From positions 174,106-238,105 of the forward strand of contig CAXRGQ010000006.1 of NCBI GenBank assembly GCA_964230215.1: 64,000 nt of DNA, given 5' to 3'. The position numbers and the translations under genes are program-made. Position 1 is the first letter of the stretch. Each line of letters opens with the position of its first letter. This DNA is from Flavobacteriales bacterium (lineage in GTDB: Bacteria > Bacteroidota > Bacteroidia > Flavobacteriales_D > JAUILH01). Below the pieces are notes generated by a model that worked only from the letters and a program-made list of their open reading frames with translations, ran no database searches and had not been told where the DNA came from. Of the stretch, positions 1 through 10,107 are shown one piece after another.

Positions 1-42
1 GAAGAAGGATTTCAATTTGTCTTTGAATTTTTCTTTCTCCAT
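1..42 (-). CDS. 5' end of an ORF running off the window (MEKEKFKDKLKSFF...)
   Basis: ATG at 40-42 (minus strand), 7 nt after the stop of the upstream gene. The frame stays open to the window edge. Confidence 0.3.
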   Translation of the reverse strand, partial: MEKEKFKDKLKSFF

Positions 43-49
43 ACTCAGA

Positions 50-799
50 TTATTGGATTTCAACGATACTCAACGCATTATAAGCCCCGTTTTTAAGCGT
101 GTACTGGTTTCCATTCACTTCCTGGAAGAATTCCACCATTAAAAGGAACAAATCAGTACCTGCACCAGCTGCTGCAGCTGCAGGAGTTAATACTACATTC
201 GTTGAGGTTGCATCAATCGGAAGATTGACAGCATTACTCTCCTGAACATCAGTATCACCCGTTGCAAAATCAACCTTTGCCCATGCACCTCTTAATGTGA
301 TGTGAGTAGCCCCCGGAGGAGTATTCAAATCATTAATCGGGATTAGGTCATCTAAGGTGATCACACCCGTTCCCAAGTCAACATCAAAAGGATTGAACAG
401 GATTGATCCCAGGATAGCCTTATCATTGAAATTGAAGCCTTTTAAGATAGCTTGTGCTGCAGGTGCAGCAATCGCAACTCCAACATTTCTGGCACCTCTC
501 GCACTAATTCCATCCAGATTTTTGATCTGAGTCATCAACTTGGTCAAACGAGAAGTAACACGGCTATCGGATGCATTCTGCATCATGGTACGAACTGCAT
601 CTCTGAGCAACTTACCGGATCTTGCAGAGCCACCAAATTCAGATCCGTTTTCGCGTGTACGCTCAAACGCAGGATCATTTTTGATACGAGAAGCATCAAC
701 GCCTCCCTTTTCTCGGGCCAGATATCCATCTTTGCTCTTGTAGAAGGAAATATCTCCGATTTTTCCTTCCAGTTTGATTATGCCTTTCTGTCTTGCCAT
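50..799 (-). CDS. conserved hypothetical protein, 249 aa
   Basis: Long ORF. The overlapping plus-strand ORFs (452..814, 540..743) are low-complexity antisense artefacts. No recognisable catalytic motif. Confidence 0.6.
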   Translation of the reverse strand: MARQKGIIKLEGKIGDISFYKSKDGYLAREKGGVDASRIKNDPAFERTRENGSEFGGSARSGKLLRDAVRTMMQNASDSRVTSRLTKLMTQIKNLDGISARGARNVGVAIAAPAAQAILKGFNFNDKAILGSILFNPFDVDLGTGVITLDDLIPINDLNTPPGATHITLRGAWAKVDFATGDTDVQESNAVNLPIDATSTNVVLTPAAAAAGAGTDLFLLMVEFFQEVNGNQYTLKNGAYNALSIVEIQ

Positions 800-1014
800 A
801 ATTCGTGTTGTTGATAATTACAGGTCTGTTTTCTGGCCGACCATTTCACCAGTGCACAACACAAAATTCAGGGCAGCACCCCACATTTGAAAATTTCCCG
901 TTCCGCATAGAACTGAACCCGGGTATTTATTCCGAAAAAGAACTTCTGTACAGCCCCTTAGAATGAATATCTTTGCTATATCAACCGTATGGGTTAAGTA
1001 TGGATAATGTATGA

Positions 1015-1215
1015 ATGAGTAAACTGAATAGGATATGCATATACCCAAAGGATGTACAAAGAATTACAGGCAGAAGTGAGCGTTACGGACGAAAGCTGTT
1101 ACAGAAGATCAGAAGACATTTTGAGAAGGATCAGCACCAGTTCGTCACTATAAAAGAGTTCAGTGAATACACAGGAATTAATGAAGCCGAAATCGAACAA
1201 TACATCCTGGACTAA
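1015..1215 (+). CDS. small helix-turn-helix DNA-binding protein (excisionase/MerR-like HTH), 66 aa
   Basis: The pattern 'IYPKDVQRITGRSERYGRKLLQKIRR...VTIKEFSEYTG' resembles small HTH proteins of Bacteroidota mobile elements. The assignment is by resemblance only. Confidence 0.45.
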   Translation: MSKLNRICIYPKDVQRITGRSERYGRKLLQKIRRHFEKDQHQFVTIKEFSEYTGINEAEIEQYILD

Positions 1216-1596
1216 GGTTAAAATAAAGCGTTGAATTTCCCCCGCTTAAATCTCATAAAATTTACTTCAATTTATTGCGTTTTAGCTATGCTAAAACATT
1301 GGTTTTCATTAAATTTGTACTAATTGAGTTCTTTAAAAGGAAACAATACCGATCAAACGGTGAGGTACCAAAATCGGTAACAGTTTTAAGATACTCTGAT
1401 TTAAGTGTTTGATACTAAATGTGTTAAAATATAGGTCTCGGTCTCGTCCGGACCGCTTTAAAAATACGCCTCTATGGCTGGAGGAATAGAAAAACCCAAG
1501 GATGTATCAATGTCTTTGGGTTTTTTGTTTAACTCGTAATAGATACCAATTTGAGTATTCCATTTCTTTCCTTAAATTCATCATTTTAAACACATT

Positions 1597-2592
1597 ATGA
1601 AAAACCTTATTATAATAGTATGCTGCTTGGGTTTAGCGAGCTGCACCTTTTCTTACAACGAAGAGACTACAAGTTCAACAAAAACAGAGATTACGCGTGT
1701 TGAAAAAGACAAAGACGAAATAGCCCTTGGCTCGATTAACATGTTATTGGATAAACAAGAGGGTCCTAAAGCGCTTGTTCAACTCAAGAAGTACTTCCCA
1801 CTGCCAACTAGCAACGATGAAGCTCTGCACGCTTATGCGAAGGCATATTTCTATATTGGCGATTACGACAGTGCCTTATACTCCGTTAATGAAGCACTTG
1901 AAATTGATCCTGATTTCCAAGGCTACTACACCACCAGAGGGTATATTCATCATTCGCGGGGAGATGAAGGAGATTTAAAAATTGCCCATGACAATTACGT
2001 GCAAGCAATTCAAATTAGCCCTAGTTCAGAGCAAGCTTATATCAACCTAATCGAATTGTACAATCAAGTAGGAGACTCAGTTGGTGTATATACAGCATCA
2101 AAAACGTTTATTACTAACGTTCAAACAGCACAGAGTTACGCAAAGATGGCGGATGCTTATTTACTGTATAATGATTTAGATAGCGCTCGAATTCTTTGTG
2201 ATATGTCGTTAGAAAGTGATGAAAAATATGGTTATGCTTGGTATAAATTAATGGTAGTTAATTTCAGAGAAGGCAATATGGACAAGGCCTTGGCGTCATA
2301 TGGTTCGTACAAGGCAAATACTGACAAAGAAGACATTTCTTACAGAGATGGTTACCTAATTTATCTGGAACTAGAGGATTTTGAAAAAGCCATACAAGAA
2401 GGCGAATTAGCTATAAAATATAGCCCAAATGATTTCGAGATGATAGCGGCACTTGGCAATCTATATAAAAATCAAAACAGGTGCGAAGATGCATGTCGTG
2501 TATGGCAAGCGCTTATTGACAATGAAATTAAATTAGCTGAAGAGCTTAAAAACAACCTGAAATCGTGCGCTTGTCTTGAAGCAGGTGTGTAA
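1597..2592 (+). CDS. TPR-repeat lipoprotein
   Basis: Signal peptide ending in LASC (lipobox). Repeated A/Y-rich 34-aa TPR-like units. Confidence 0.7.
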   Translation: MKNLIIIVCCLGLASCTFSYNEETTSSTKTEITRVEKDKDEIALGSINMLLDKQEGPKALVQLKKYFPLPTSNDEALHAYAKAYFYIGDYDSALYSVNEALEIDPDFQGYYTTRGYIHHSRGDEGDLKIAHDNYVQAIQISPSSEQAYINLIELYNQVGDSVGVYTASKTFITNVQTAQSYAKMADAYLLYNDLDSARILCDMSLESDEKYGYAWYKLMVVNFREGNMDKALASYGSYKANTDKEDISYRDGYLIYLELEDFEKAIQEGELAIKYSPNDFEMIAALGNLYKNQNRCEDACRVWQALIDNEIKLAEELKNNLKSCACLEAGV

Positions 2593-2596
2593 AAAG

Positions 2597-3535
2597 CTAT
2601 TTCAGCTCGCTTCCGCCCCACTCTACATATCGAAATCCTTTATCTAATCGCTTTACTTTAGTTTGTTTTAGCTTAGATAGGTCGGTGGGCTTAGCACTTT
2701 GCCAACCCTCAAAGACCATGTATAATCGTATGGTTTGATCGGGCTTGATGCTACTAGAAAAAGGTGCGGCTCTGTCATAATCTGCGCCTTCTAAAAAGAG
2801 AATTCTGTAGTAGTTGTCATGCATCATACGCGGAGCCCAATAGGTAACAAAATCCGCTATTTCTCTATCGTTAAAACCTGCATTGGTGAGGTAGTTTTCC
2901 AGAAACTCGGTTACTTTAGCTTTCTCTACTACTATCCACTCATCAGCTTTGGCAACTAGGTCTGATTGTTTGTATGATGCATCCCAAAACAAATATGCGT
3001 AAGATTTCCCGTCACAGCTTAAACTACCATCATCTTCTATAGTCACATTCCAACCATCCTTGTATGTTGGATATGAGAACTTCAATTCACCCTTAATATC
3101 TAGTTTCACATCCACTGACATGGATTTATCACTATATAAATAGATAACTGGTTTTTCAGCCTCAACCATATACATTACCAGATATGCTTCCAACTGAATG
3201 GCTTCATTCGCCTTAACATCATAAAGCCGAATAGTTAAAGATTCATAATCATAGGAACTTGAACTCAGAGTAATTTGAACTGTGTCAGCTGGATCAATTT
3301 CTAGCTCAAAAGAAGTTTTTACAGTCATAACAGTTTCTCCGTATGTAACAAGGATGTCGCCGTAGATATCAGGTTTTTCTGAATGTGCATCTAGGATGTT
3401 ACCCTTTACAGTCGCTTTACCATTCCCGGTTTTCATTACGCTGCGTTTAGTGACCTCAAAATAACTAGGCATGTATTCTTTAGCAGTCACGGACATTGCC
3501 ACTAAAGCAATTATTAAAACACTTAAAACTCTCAT
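2597..3535 (-). CDS. secreted protein, paralog 4 of a tandem family (unknown C-terminal domain)
   Basis: Signal peptide. Carries the shared motifs KPVIYLY, F(S/T)YP, YxYLFW, REIADFVTYWAPRMM and YVEWGGSE. Its start overlaps the upstream paralog by 4 nt. Confidence 0.75.
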   Translation of the reverse strand: MRVLSVLIIALVAMSVTAKEYMPSYFEVTKRSVMKTGNGKATVKGNILDAHSEKPDIYGDILVTYGETVMTVKTSFELEIDPADTVQITLSSSSYDYESLTIRLYDVKANEAIQLEAYLVMYMVEAEKPVIYLYSDKSMSVDVKLDIKGELKFSYPTYKDGWNVTIEDDGSLSCDGKSYAYLFWDASYKQSDLVAKADEWIVVEKAKVTEFLENYLTNAGFNDREIADFVTYWAPRMMHDNYYRILFLEGADYDRAAPFSSSIKPDQTIRLYMVFEGWQSAKPTDLSKLKQTKVKRLDKGFRYVEWGGSELK

Positions 3536-4491
3536 AGCTGGTCTTCTTTGATTAGTTGATCATAGGCACCTCCGCCCCACTCAACATAAACGCTCCCTTC
3601 ACGCTTAACCGAGCATTCGACTTGTCCACGCGACTCTACTTCCGTGTCTAATCCCTGATATAGCATGTATAACTTTATAGTCGAATCAAACGAATAAGAA
3701 CAGTCATGTGACGCCACGGTCTTGTTATAGTCCTCACCTTCTAAAAACACTATATAGTTGAACGGATTCTGCATTAATTTAGGTGCCCAGAATGTTATAA
3801 AGTCTTGTTTTTCGCGATAATTTAAGCCATATCTATCTAATTGTGTTTCTAGATAGTTAACCGTCTCTTCCCCTCTTACACAATCACCTACGATTTCAGG
3901 CACATCATAAGAAGATTGTACACCCTCCCAGAATAAATAATCATAGGACTTATCGCCTATTTTTAGTGTCCCATCTGGATTTGCATCTACTAGCCATTCA
4001 CCTTCATATTTCGGATAGGTAAAGGTGAATTTCCCAACAGGCATTACTTTTAAGCTTATCTGAGTCGACTCTGATGGGTATAAGTACACTACTGGCTTGT
4101 ACACCACATGCTCAATTGCTCTTTCTTGAATCTTTTCGTACAGATTGGCATGCCCCTCAACAAAATGTTGAGATTTCAGTTCGATTTTCCTCTCCACAGA
4201 AACATAGCCCCTCGCAAAAATTGTCATATCATATACTCCCGAATCCAGCTCAAACACATAGCTACCTTCCGTTTTACTTTGATTTTTATTCGTTTTTATT
4301 CCTTCACCAGTGCGAGAATTAGTTAAAATGACTTTAGCATTTGCAGGGTACACATCAATCTTTAATATTGCTTGCCCGACTTGCACGCTGTCGTCAAGCT
4401 CATCCACGTTTATATACCAAGATGGCATTTGGTCTGCCTTTACTGTATTGACAGCAAATAGTAGACTGAATAGTAGTACTAAATTTTTCAT
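3532..4491 (-). CDS. secreted protein, paralog 3 of the tandem family
   Basis: Signal peptide and an N-terminal beta-sandwich-like region. Motifs KPVVYLYP, FTYPKYEGEW, YDYLFWEG, REKQDFITFWAP, YVEWGGG. Confidence 0.75.
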   Translation of the reverse strand: MKNLVLLFSLLFAVNTVKADQMPSWYINVDELDDSVQVGQAILKIDVYPANAKVILTNSRTGEGIKTNKNQSKTEGSYVFELDSGVYDMTIFARGYVSVERKIELKSQHFVEGHANLYEKIQERAIEHVVYKPVVYLYPSESTQISLKVMPVGKFTFTYPKYEGEWLVDANPDGTLKIGDKSYDYLFWEGVQSSYDVPEIVGDCVRGEETVNYLETQLDRYGLNYREKQDFITFWAPKLMQNPFNYIVFLEGEDYNKTVASHDCSYSFDSTIKLYMLYQGLDTEVESRGQVECSVKREGSVYVEWGGGAYDQLIKEDQL

Positions 4492-5447
4492 AATGATTGA
4501 ATTGATTCATTAATTTGACTGATTTCTCCTCCGCCCCATTCAACCAAACTTAAACCCGATCTTTCAAACGCGGGTAAATCTTGCTCCTTAACGTCTATCC
4601 GATCATTAAGTGGCTCATACGCCATGAACACTCTCAGTTCTGATTCAAATTCGACAGAGCTATCATAGCTCGCAATCTTAGTGTCGTACTTATCTCCAAC
4701 TACAAAATTCACATAGTTATAAGGGTTTTCCTGCATGATCGGCGCCCAAAAAGTGATGAAATCTTGCATTTCACGATCGTTAAAGCCAAGAGCACTTAAC
4801 TTTTCTTCTAAAAACTCAACAACGCCTACTCCTGCCACACAGTAACCATAATCTGTATCAACAGTAAGCTGCTCTTGCTCACCTTCCCAGAATAAATAAT
4901 CATACGTTTTATCCGCAATTTCTAGTGTGCCGTCACTATTTGCCGTGAAGTTCCACCCATCCTTTTCGTGCTGTGGATAGGTAAAGGTAAATTCGCCAAC
5001 TGGCTTAATCTTTAACGATACATCCATAGTTTCAGGTGCATACACATAGATTACTGGTTTCTTAACTCCTACAGGACGTGGTTTATACAGATATACATCC
5101 ACCTCCATGTAATAGCCTCCCTGAGCATGTAGTCTTCGTGTAACCGTTTGTTTACCAGGCGCTTCAATTTTTAATCGATAATGACCAGAATCTAAGCTGA
5201 AGATATTCTTGTCTCCCTCTTTCAGCACAGCATATTTAGCCCAATCATCGCCATTGTGCACGTACAGCGTAGATTTTTCACTTGGATTAATCTTTATGGT
5301 GAATTTACCTTGTGGCACATCCTCATCTAGTTCATTCATAACTACACGCCAAGACGGCATACGCTTTGATTCCGGTCCTAAATTAATTGTATACGCAACT
5401 GATGATGAGATTAGTAATATGCTTGCAAATAGAAATTTCATAATCAT
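4488..5447 (-). CDS. secreted protein, paralog 2 of the tandem family
   Basis: Same motif set (KPVIYVY, FTYPQHEKDGW, YDYLFWEG, REMQDFITFWAP, LVEWGGGE). Overlaps its neighbour by 4 nt. Confidence 0.75.
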   Translation of the reverse strand: MIMKFLFASILLISSSVAYTINLGPESKRMPSWRVVMNELDEDVPQGKFTIKINPSEKSTLYVHNGDDWAKYAVLKEGDKNIFSLDSGHYRLKIEAPGKQTVTRRLHAQGGYYMEVDVYLYKPRPVGVKKPVIYVYAPETMDVSLKIKPVGEFTFTYPQHEKDGWNFTANSDGTLEIADKTYDYLFWEGEQEQLTVDTDYGYCVAGVGVVEFLEEKLSALGFNDREMQDFITFWAPIMQENPYNYVNFVVGDKYDTKIASYDSSVEFESELRVFMAYEPLNDRIDVKEQDLPAFERSGLSLVEWGGGEISQINESIQSL

Positions 5448-5482
5448 TGTTTGTAGTTATTACACTCTAATAGTGCCTTGGT

Positions 5483-6514
5483 TCAATCTTGTTTTATTTG
5501 GCTGTAATATGGCTTAGGCATTTCGGATCCGCCCCATTCAATTACGTGGAAACCATCACGATTTGCCGCCTGTATATTTTGTTCCTTCATTTCAACGGGT
5601 GCATCAACTCCTTCATACACCATAAACATCCTATACAAATTTTGTGCCTTTGGTAAGACCTCCAACTCTGCAAGGTTATTTGCATACCAATCGTTGAAGT
5701 AAAAGCGAATTTTGCAATACTTTTCTTGCATCATTCTTGGTACCCAATAGGTAATAAAATCTTGTTTTTCTCGATGGTTAAGATTCATCATATCCAATTT
5801 CTCCTCGAAGAAATCAAGTAAGTCGCCTGATGCAACAACAAAACCTTCGTCAAACGACACTCCATTGTACATATCCCAACCATGATTGCCTTCCCAAAAC
5901 AAATAATCAAGCTGTTTACCGTCTACGGTCAATTTGCTACCAGGCGAAACCTGAAGGCTCCAGTTGTCTTCATATTTCGGATAGGCAAAACGAATATCAC
6001 CGTTAACATCCAACTTTATTGAAACATCCATTTTCTCTTCTGGATAAAGGTATATTACTGGTTTGTCTGAAATAATATTAATGGATGATTCAAGGTACAC
6101 AACCAGTTTTAATCTATGCTGCGACTTTACAACGATATTGCTGGCTATCTTATCGTAATAACCAGCTGTTCCCACACCCCATTCTGTTATACATGTATCA
6201 CATGATTCTACATAATTCAAATCATGAAACTGAAATTCGATGGTGTCTGACTTCACTTTAGTTTTTGCATAGCCATCTTTATTACTTGTAGTCAGTACTT
6301 TGTCATTGGCGGAATTAATTACTTGCACTCCTGTAAGGTCATATTGCGGTCCCTGAGAGATAAACGTAAACTCAACGATTCCAAATCCTTCTGGAATGGA
6401 CGCGTCCAATGTATCCCATTCGACATAATGGGAAACGTATTTTCTCAGTTCAGTTTTCTCTGCCCTTGCAGAATAAGCAAGCAATAGACATGATAATATT
6501 AGTAGGTTTTTCAT
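5483..6514 (-). CDS. secreted protein, paralog 1 of the tandem family
   Basis: Same motif set (KPVIYLYP, FAYPKYEDNW, LDYLFWEG, REKQDFITYWVPRMM, VIEWGGSE). Confidence 0.75.
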   Translation of the reverse strand: MKNLLILSCLLLAYSARAEKTELRKYVSHYVEWDTLDASIPEGFGIVEFTFISQGPQYDLTGVQVINSANDKVLTTSNKDGYAKTKVKSDTIEFQFHDLNYVESCDTCITEWGVGTAGYYDKIASNIVVKSQHRLKLVVYLESSINIISDKPVIYLYPEEKMDVSIKLDVNGDIRFAYPKYEDNWSLQVSPGSKLTVDGKQLDYLFWEGNHGWDMYNGVSFDEGFVVASGDLLDFFEEKLDMMNLNHREKQDFITYWVPRMMQEKYCKIRFYFNDWYANNLAELEVLPKAQNLYRMFMVYEGVDAPVEMKEQNIQAANRDGFHVIEWGGSEMPKPYYSQIKQD

Positions 6515-7614
6515 TATTCAGCTGTATATAAGTAATCAAATAAATCTGCATCTTCGGTAGCCTTAACCGAATTTACCTTAGCGGTATAAGCTATTGATCC
6601 ACCCGTTGCTACAGATGTTGTGTTGACGTTCCCACTATAGGTATTAGCACTATTGAAAGTTACGGTTTTTTCCATCTCATCTGATAATTCTTCACTTACC
6701 GTTTCTGCATCAACAACAGTGATATCGCTCGTTACTTCTTTCCTGTCTACGCTCTTTTTATTGCTGCGCTCAGTCGCGTCATTTTTAGACAATTCGTTAT
6801 CAGCACGGTTAAAATCACCACTTCCAAATGCCATGTCCGCATCATTGAAGCTTGAGAAATCATCACTCTTTTCATCGTCAGTATCGTTAAAGCTATACCC
6901 CTCGGCTGGTGCGGGCGCCAGCTCTTTATCGCGGTTATCTGCTATACCGCCACTCGTCTTAGGTAAACCACCAGCAAGGGCATCACCTGACGGCATATTC
7001 TCATTTGACATGTCCTTAGCACTTTCTGCTTGGTCTAAAACAAATAAATCTTCAAGCTCTGACTTAAGACCATCAATTGTCTCCACTGGCTGCTCTTCAG
7101 CAGTTTCAAGATGTTTAACGGCATCCTCTTCATCTACTAAGGTCTCTGGCTTCTTATCTGAGATCTGTATTTCATTAGATTTACCATCTTCAAGGCGCTT
7201 TTCATCCTGAACTTGTTCTACACTTTTTTCTGATGTTTCGTTCTCAGCCAAGTTATTTGTCTTATCTAAGTCATTATCCATTCCGTTAAAAACGAAAATT
7301 GCAATAACCACAATGGTAGCCATGGAAAGCATCTGAACTCCCGGCGTTTGATACCAAGACTTATCTTTTGGCCAAAGCAGCAACCAAAAGCTGTTTAACC
7401 AAACTAATCTGTCTTTCGAGTGCTGAGCCTTAAAATCGGCCAATAACTGCTTTTTAAAAGCAGGATTAGGTGCCATATCGTCTTCATCCCAAGCATCCAT
7501 TGCTTGCATGAAGCTCTCTATGTTCTCTGCCTCTTTTGAAGACACTGAGTCATCATCCGCAATCATTTGACGGATAAAGGCATCATCATCTTTGAATTTA
7601 TGTTTGTTAGCCAT
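6514..7614 (-). CDS. putative anti-sigma factor (single-pass membrane protein with an acidic low-complexity ectodomain)
   Basis: Overlaps the ECF sigma gene by 8 nt. Short N-terminal cytoplasmic segment, one TM helix (SMATIVVIAIFVF), then a D/E/S-rich tail. Confidence 0.6.
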   Translation of the reverse strand: MANKHKFKDDDAFIRQMIADDDSVSSKEAENIESFMQAMDAWDEDDMAPNPAFKKQLLADFKAQHSKDRLVWLNSFWLLLWPKDKSWYQTPGVQMLSMATIVVIAIFVFNGMDNDLDKTNNLAENETSEKSVEQVQDEKRLEDGKSNEIQISDKKPETLVDEEDAVKHLETAEEQPVETIDGLKSELEDLFVLDQAESAKDMSNENMPSGDALAGGLPKTSGGIADNRDKELAPAPAEGYSFNDTDDEKSDDFSSFNDADMAFGSGDFNRADNELSKNDATERSNKKSVDRKEVTSDITVVDAETVSEELSDEMEKTVTFNSANTYSGNVNTTSVATGGSIAYTAKVNSVKATEDADLFDYLYTAE

Positions 7615-8215
7615 GATAGACCTCCTCTTGTTTTAATGGGTTGTACTCTTCCAATTGAGCACTTAATTTCTTTACGCAGTAGAATATTCTGGATTTCACA
7701 GTTCCATCCGAAATCTCTAAGCTATCTGCGATTTCTTTTATAGACAAATTCATTTTAAAACGCATGATAAAAACCGTTCTGTGCTTCTCTTCCAGTTCAC
7801 CTAGCGCCGAATCTAGTGCCGAGTTAAAATCCTTTATATGCAGTTGTTTTGCCTGTGAATCGTAATTTCCATCACTCACCTGCATACCGTCATCAATCGT
7901 ATTTCTTGTATCCTTGCGCACCTCTTGCTTTCTATATTCATTCTTACACATATTGTGCGCAACACTATATAACCATGTTTTAAAGGTTCTCTTTGGATCA
8001 AACGAATCGGGCTTTTGCACAATCTTAGCAAACAAGTCCTGCATAAAGTCTTCCGCCTTCTCTCGATCTTGCCACAGCATTTTATAGAAGTAAGCAAGCA
8101 TAGCTTTAGAGTAACGATCATATATCAATTCGAATGCATACGCATCACCCTTGATTACCATGCGCATCAAATCTTCGTCTGAGCTAGTTTTATATGTCGA
8201 TTTAAAAAGTTTCAA
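7607..8215 (-). CDS. ECF-type RNA polymerase sigma-70 family factor
   Basis: Region 2 (FELIYDRYSKAMLAYFYKML...AEDFMQDLF) and region 4 HTH (LSIKEIADSLEISDGTVKSRIFYCVKKL). Confidence 0.85.
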   Translation of the reverse strand: MKLFKSTYKTSSDEDLMRMVIKGDAYAFELIYDRYSKAMLAYFYKMLWQDREKAEDFMQDLFAKIVQKPDSFDPKRTFKTWLYSVAHNMCKNEYRKQEVRKDTRNTIDDGMQVSDGNYDSQAKQLHIKDFNSALDSALGELEEKHRTVFIMRFKMNLSIKEIADSLEISDGTVKSRIFYCVKKLSAQLEEYNPLKQEEVYHG

Positions 8216-8218
8216 GAC

Positions 8219-9346
8219 CTACTCATACTTAGATGCAATCTTTGCCCAAATTCCATTTTCTTCTGCAATACTTTTTGCAAGCGATTTGTACATTTTCGCC
8301 TTGCTTTTATCACTCACTTTATAATAATCATAGAGAAGTGATGTCATGAATAAATAATTGTTACTCAGTTTTTTATCTTCTCTTGATTTATTCTTTTCTT
8401 TAAGTTTTTGAAAATCTTGCTTTTCTGCTGCTTTTTGTGTTAAATCAATGTTGTTTGAAGCCGAATTTGAGTAAATAAACGTTAGTCCGCATGCATACAA
8501 TTTAGACTGGATATTTTTCAAAACACTCGGATTAACGGTCATGGCAATATGAATCGATTTGCCTGGATTGTTTTGTAATAATCCTTTCACAAATGACACA
8601 TCATTCGCATTATAATTCCCTCTTAAACCAGCAGTGGATGAAAAGCTCGTCCAATAAGACTTATTCCGAGCAAAATCCAAGTTAATAACATGTACATCTT
8701 TCCGTACGCCCTGTACCATTTGTAAATACAAAATTGGGTAGGTATCCACCTCTCCATTAACTATCAGCACTCCATTCGGATTAATTGATTCCAGTGTATT
8801 CTTTGCGTATTCATATTTGAATGGAGAATATTTTGCTGAGGATTTTATCTTTTTAAGAAATTCTACACTTTCTTGGGTTTTACCGTCAATCAAGTGCATA
8901 GCAACGAGTTCATCGTACAGTTCGCTCTTATTCGAACTCAAATTATAGGCTTTTTTGAGAGCAGCTGAGTTAAAGTCTGCATAGCCATCGTTCACAAATT
9001 TCAAGTAGTGATAAGTATAGGAGGCCTCAATATTTTTTCCCATTTCAGCAATTATAGAATCTAATTGTTTTTGATTGGAAACAGAGGGCACTTTGTTGTA
9101 TTTAGATACCGCTTGTCTCCTATTTGTCATATAAAGACTTTCCCACGCCACCTCACTCTTGGGATTCATCTGAACATTCGACTCCCATATCTGCTGCTGA
9201 TTGTTGGCCGGAGCACCTGGAGCTGATCGCCCGGCATCTTCGGCACTACTCGTTTTTTGAGCCTCCCGCTTAGCCTTAGTTTCTACTTGCCCTTGAGCAA
9301 AAGCTTGAGACGCAAGCAGGATTAATAGTATAAATAGAACTTTCAT
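8219..9346 (-). CDS. secreted hypothetical protein, 375 aa; first gene of the ECF operon
   Basis: Signal peptide (LASQAFAQ). Ends 3 nt upstream of the sigma gene. Confidence 0.6.
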   Translation of the reverse strand: MKVLFILLILLASQAFAQGQVETKAKREAQKTSSAEDAGRSAPGAPANNQQQIWESNVQMNPKSEVAWESLYMTNRRQAVSKYNKVPSVSNQKQLDSIIAEMGKNIEASYTYHYLKFVNDGYADFNSAALKKAYNLSSNKSELYDELVAMHLIDGKTQESVEFLKKIKSSAKYSPFKYEYAKNTLESINPNGVLIVNGEVDTYPILYLQMVQGVRKDVHVINLDFARNKSYWTSFSSTAGLRGNYNANDVSFVKGLLQNNPGKSIHIAMTVNPSVLKNIQSKLYACGLTFIYSNSASNNIDLTQKAAEKQDFQKLKEKNKSREDKKLSNNYLFMTSLLYDYYKVSDKSKAKMYKSLAKSIAEENGIWAKIASKYE

Positions 9347-9480
9347 TTATCTTATTTTGCCATTGGTACACGGCACTTTAAAAAAGGTTCACTACAATTT
9401 AATTTTTTTATTCCAGCTGACAATACCGCCTATCATAAGTATATACTTTTGTTAATAAGCATTGCTTATCTTTGTTACGC

Positions 9481-10107
9481 ATGATTAAGACTGAGGGGCT
9501 GACATACACCTATTCTGGAGGAACAAAAATAAGTTTCACGGATTTTATTATTCATCCAGGGGAAGAATGCTTAATTATTGGCTCTAGTGGATGCGGTAAG
9601 ACTACTTTACTTCATTTATTATCAGGTTTACTTGTTTCAAAGGATGGTGTGCTTGAGATAAACGGGAGTCACTACAGCTCAATGTCTTCTTATAAAATAG
9701 ATAGATTTAGAGGTAAGCACATTGGCTTAGTATTTCAGGAGTCACATTTCATCTCGTCTTTAACCGTAATAGATAATTTGCTACTAGCTCAGAAACTGGC
9801 GGGAATAAAGAAGGATAAAAGTTCGGCCATGCACTTACTAGACAAACTACAGCTCAATCAAAGAGCGTATTATCTGCCACAAAAACTCAGTATTGGTGAG
9901 AGACAGCGAGCCAGCATAGCACGAGCAATTGTGCACAATCCAGATTACATTTTAGCAGATGAACCCACTTCTGCCTTAGACGATGAAAATGCAGATCGTG
10001 TATTAGAACTATTAAGAGAGCAAGCTAAAGCACGAAACAGCGCCTTAATTATAGTCACGCACGATAGCAGACTAAAAGATAAAATCTCCAAAAGAATAGA
10101 GCTATAA
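9481..10107 (+). CDS. ABC transporter ATP-binding protein (MacB/LolD-like)
   Basis: Walker A GSSGCGKTT, signature LSIGERQR, Walker B ILADEPTSALD. I prefer ATG 9481 over the track's TTG 9472. TAnnTTTG-like boxes lie at ~9443 and ~9461. Confidence 0.85.
   Translation: MIKTEGLTYTYSGGTKISFTDFIIHPGEECLIIGSSGCGKTTLLHLLSGLLVSKDGVLEINGSHYSSMSSYKIDRFRGKHIGLVFQESHFISSLTVIDNLLLAQKLAGIKKDKSSAMHLLDKLQLNQRAYYLPQKLSIGERQRASIARAIVHNPDYILADEPTSALDDENADRVLELLREQAKARNSALIIVTHDSRLKDKISKRIEL

Noticed and set aside
452-814. Plus-strand ORFs 452..814 and 540..743, and the many other 60-185 aa ORFs in the track that lie antisense to long genes (for example 6653..7210, 4074..4513, 14418..14693, 17279..17673, 25566..26025, 32024..32390, 47035..47349, 58321..58941, 61103..61571).
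   Set aside because: They are fully nested in better-supported genes on the opposite strand. Their composition is low-complexity or skewed, and they show no motifs.
818-1048. ORF 818..1048 (-), 76 aa, in the divergent promoter region.
   Set aside because: It overlaps the start of the HTH gene, has Cys/aromatic-rich odd composition and has no support.
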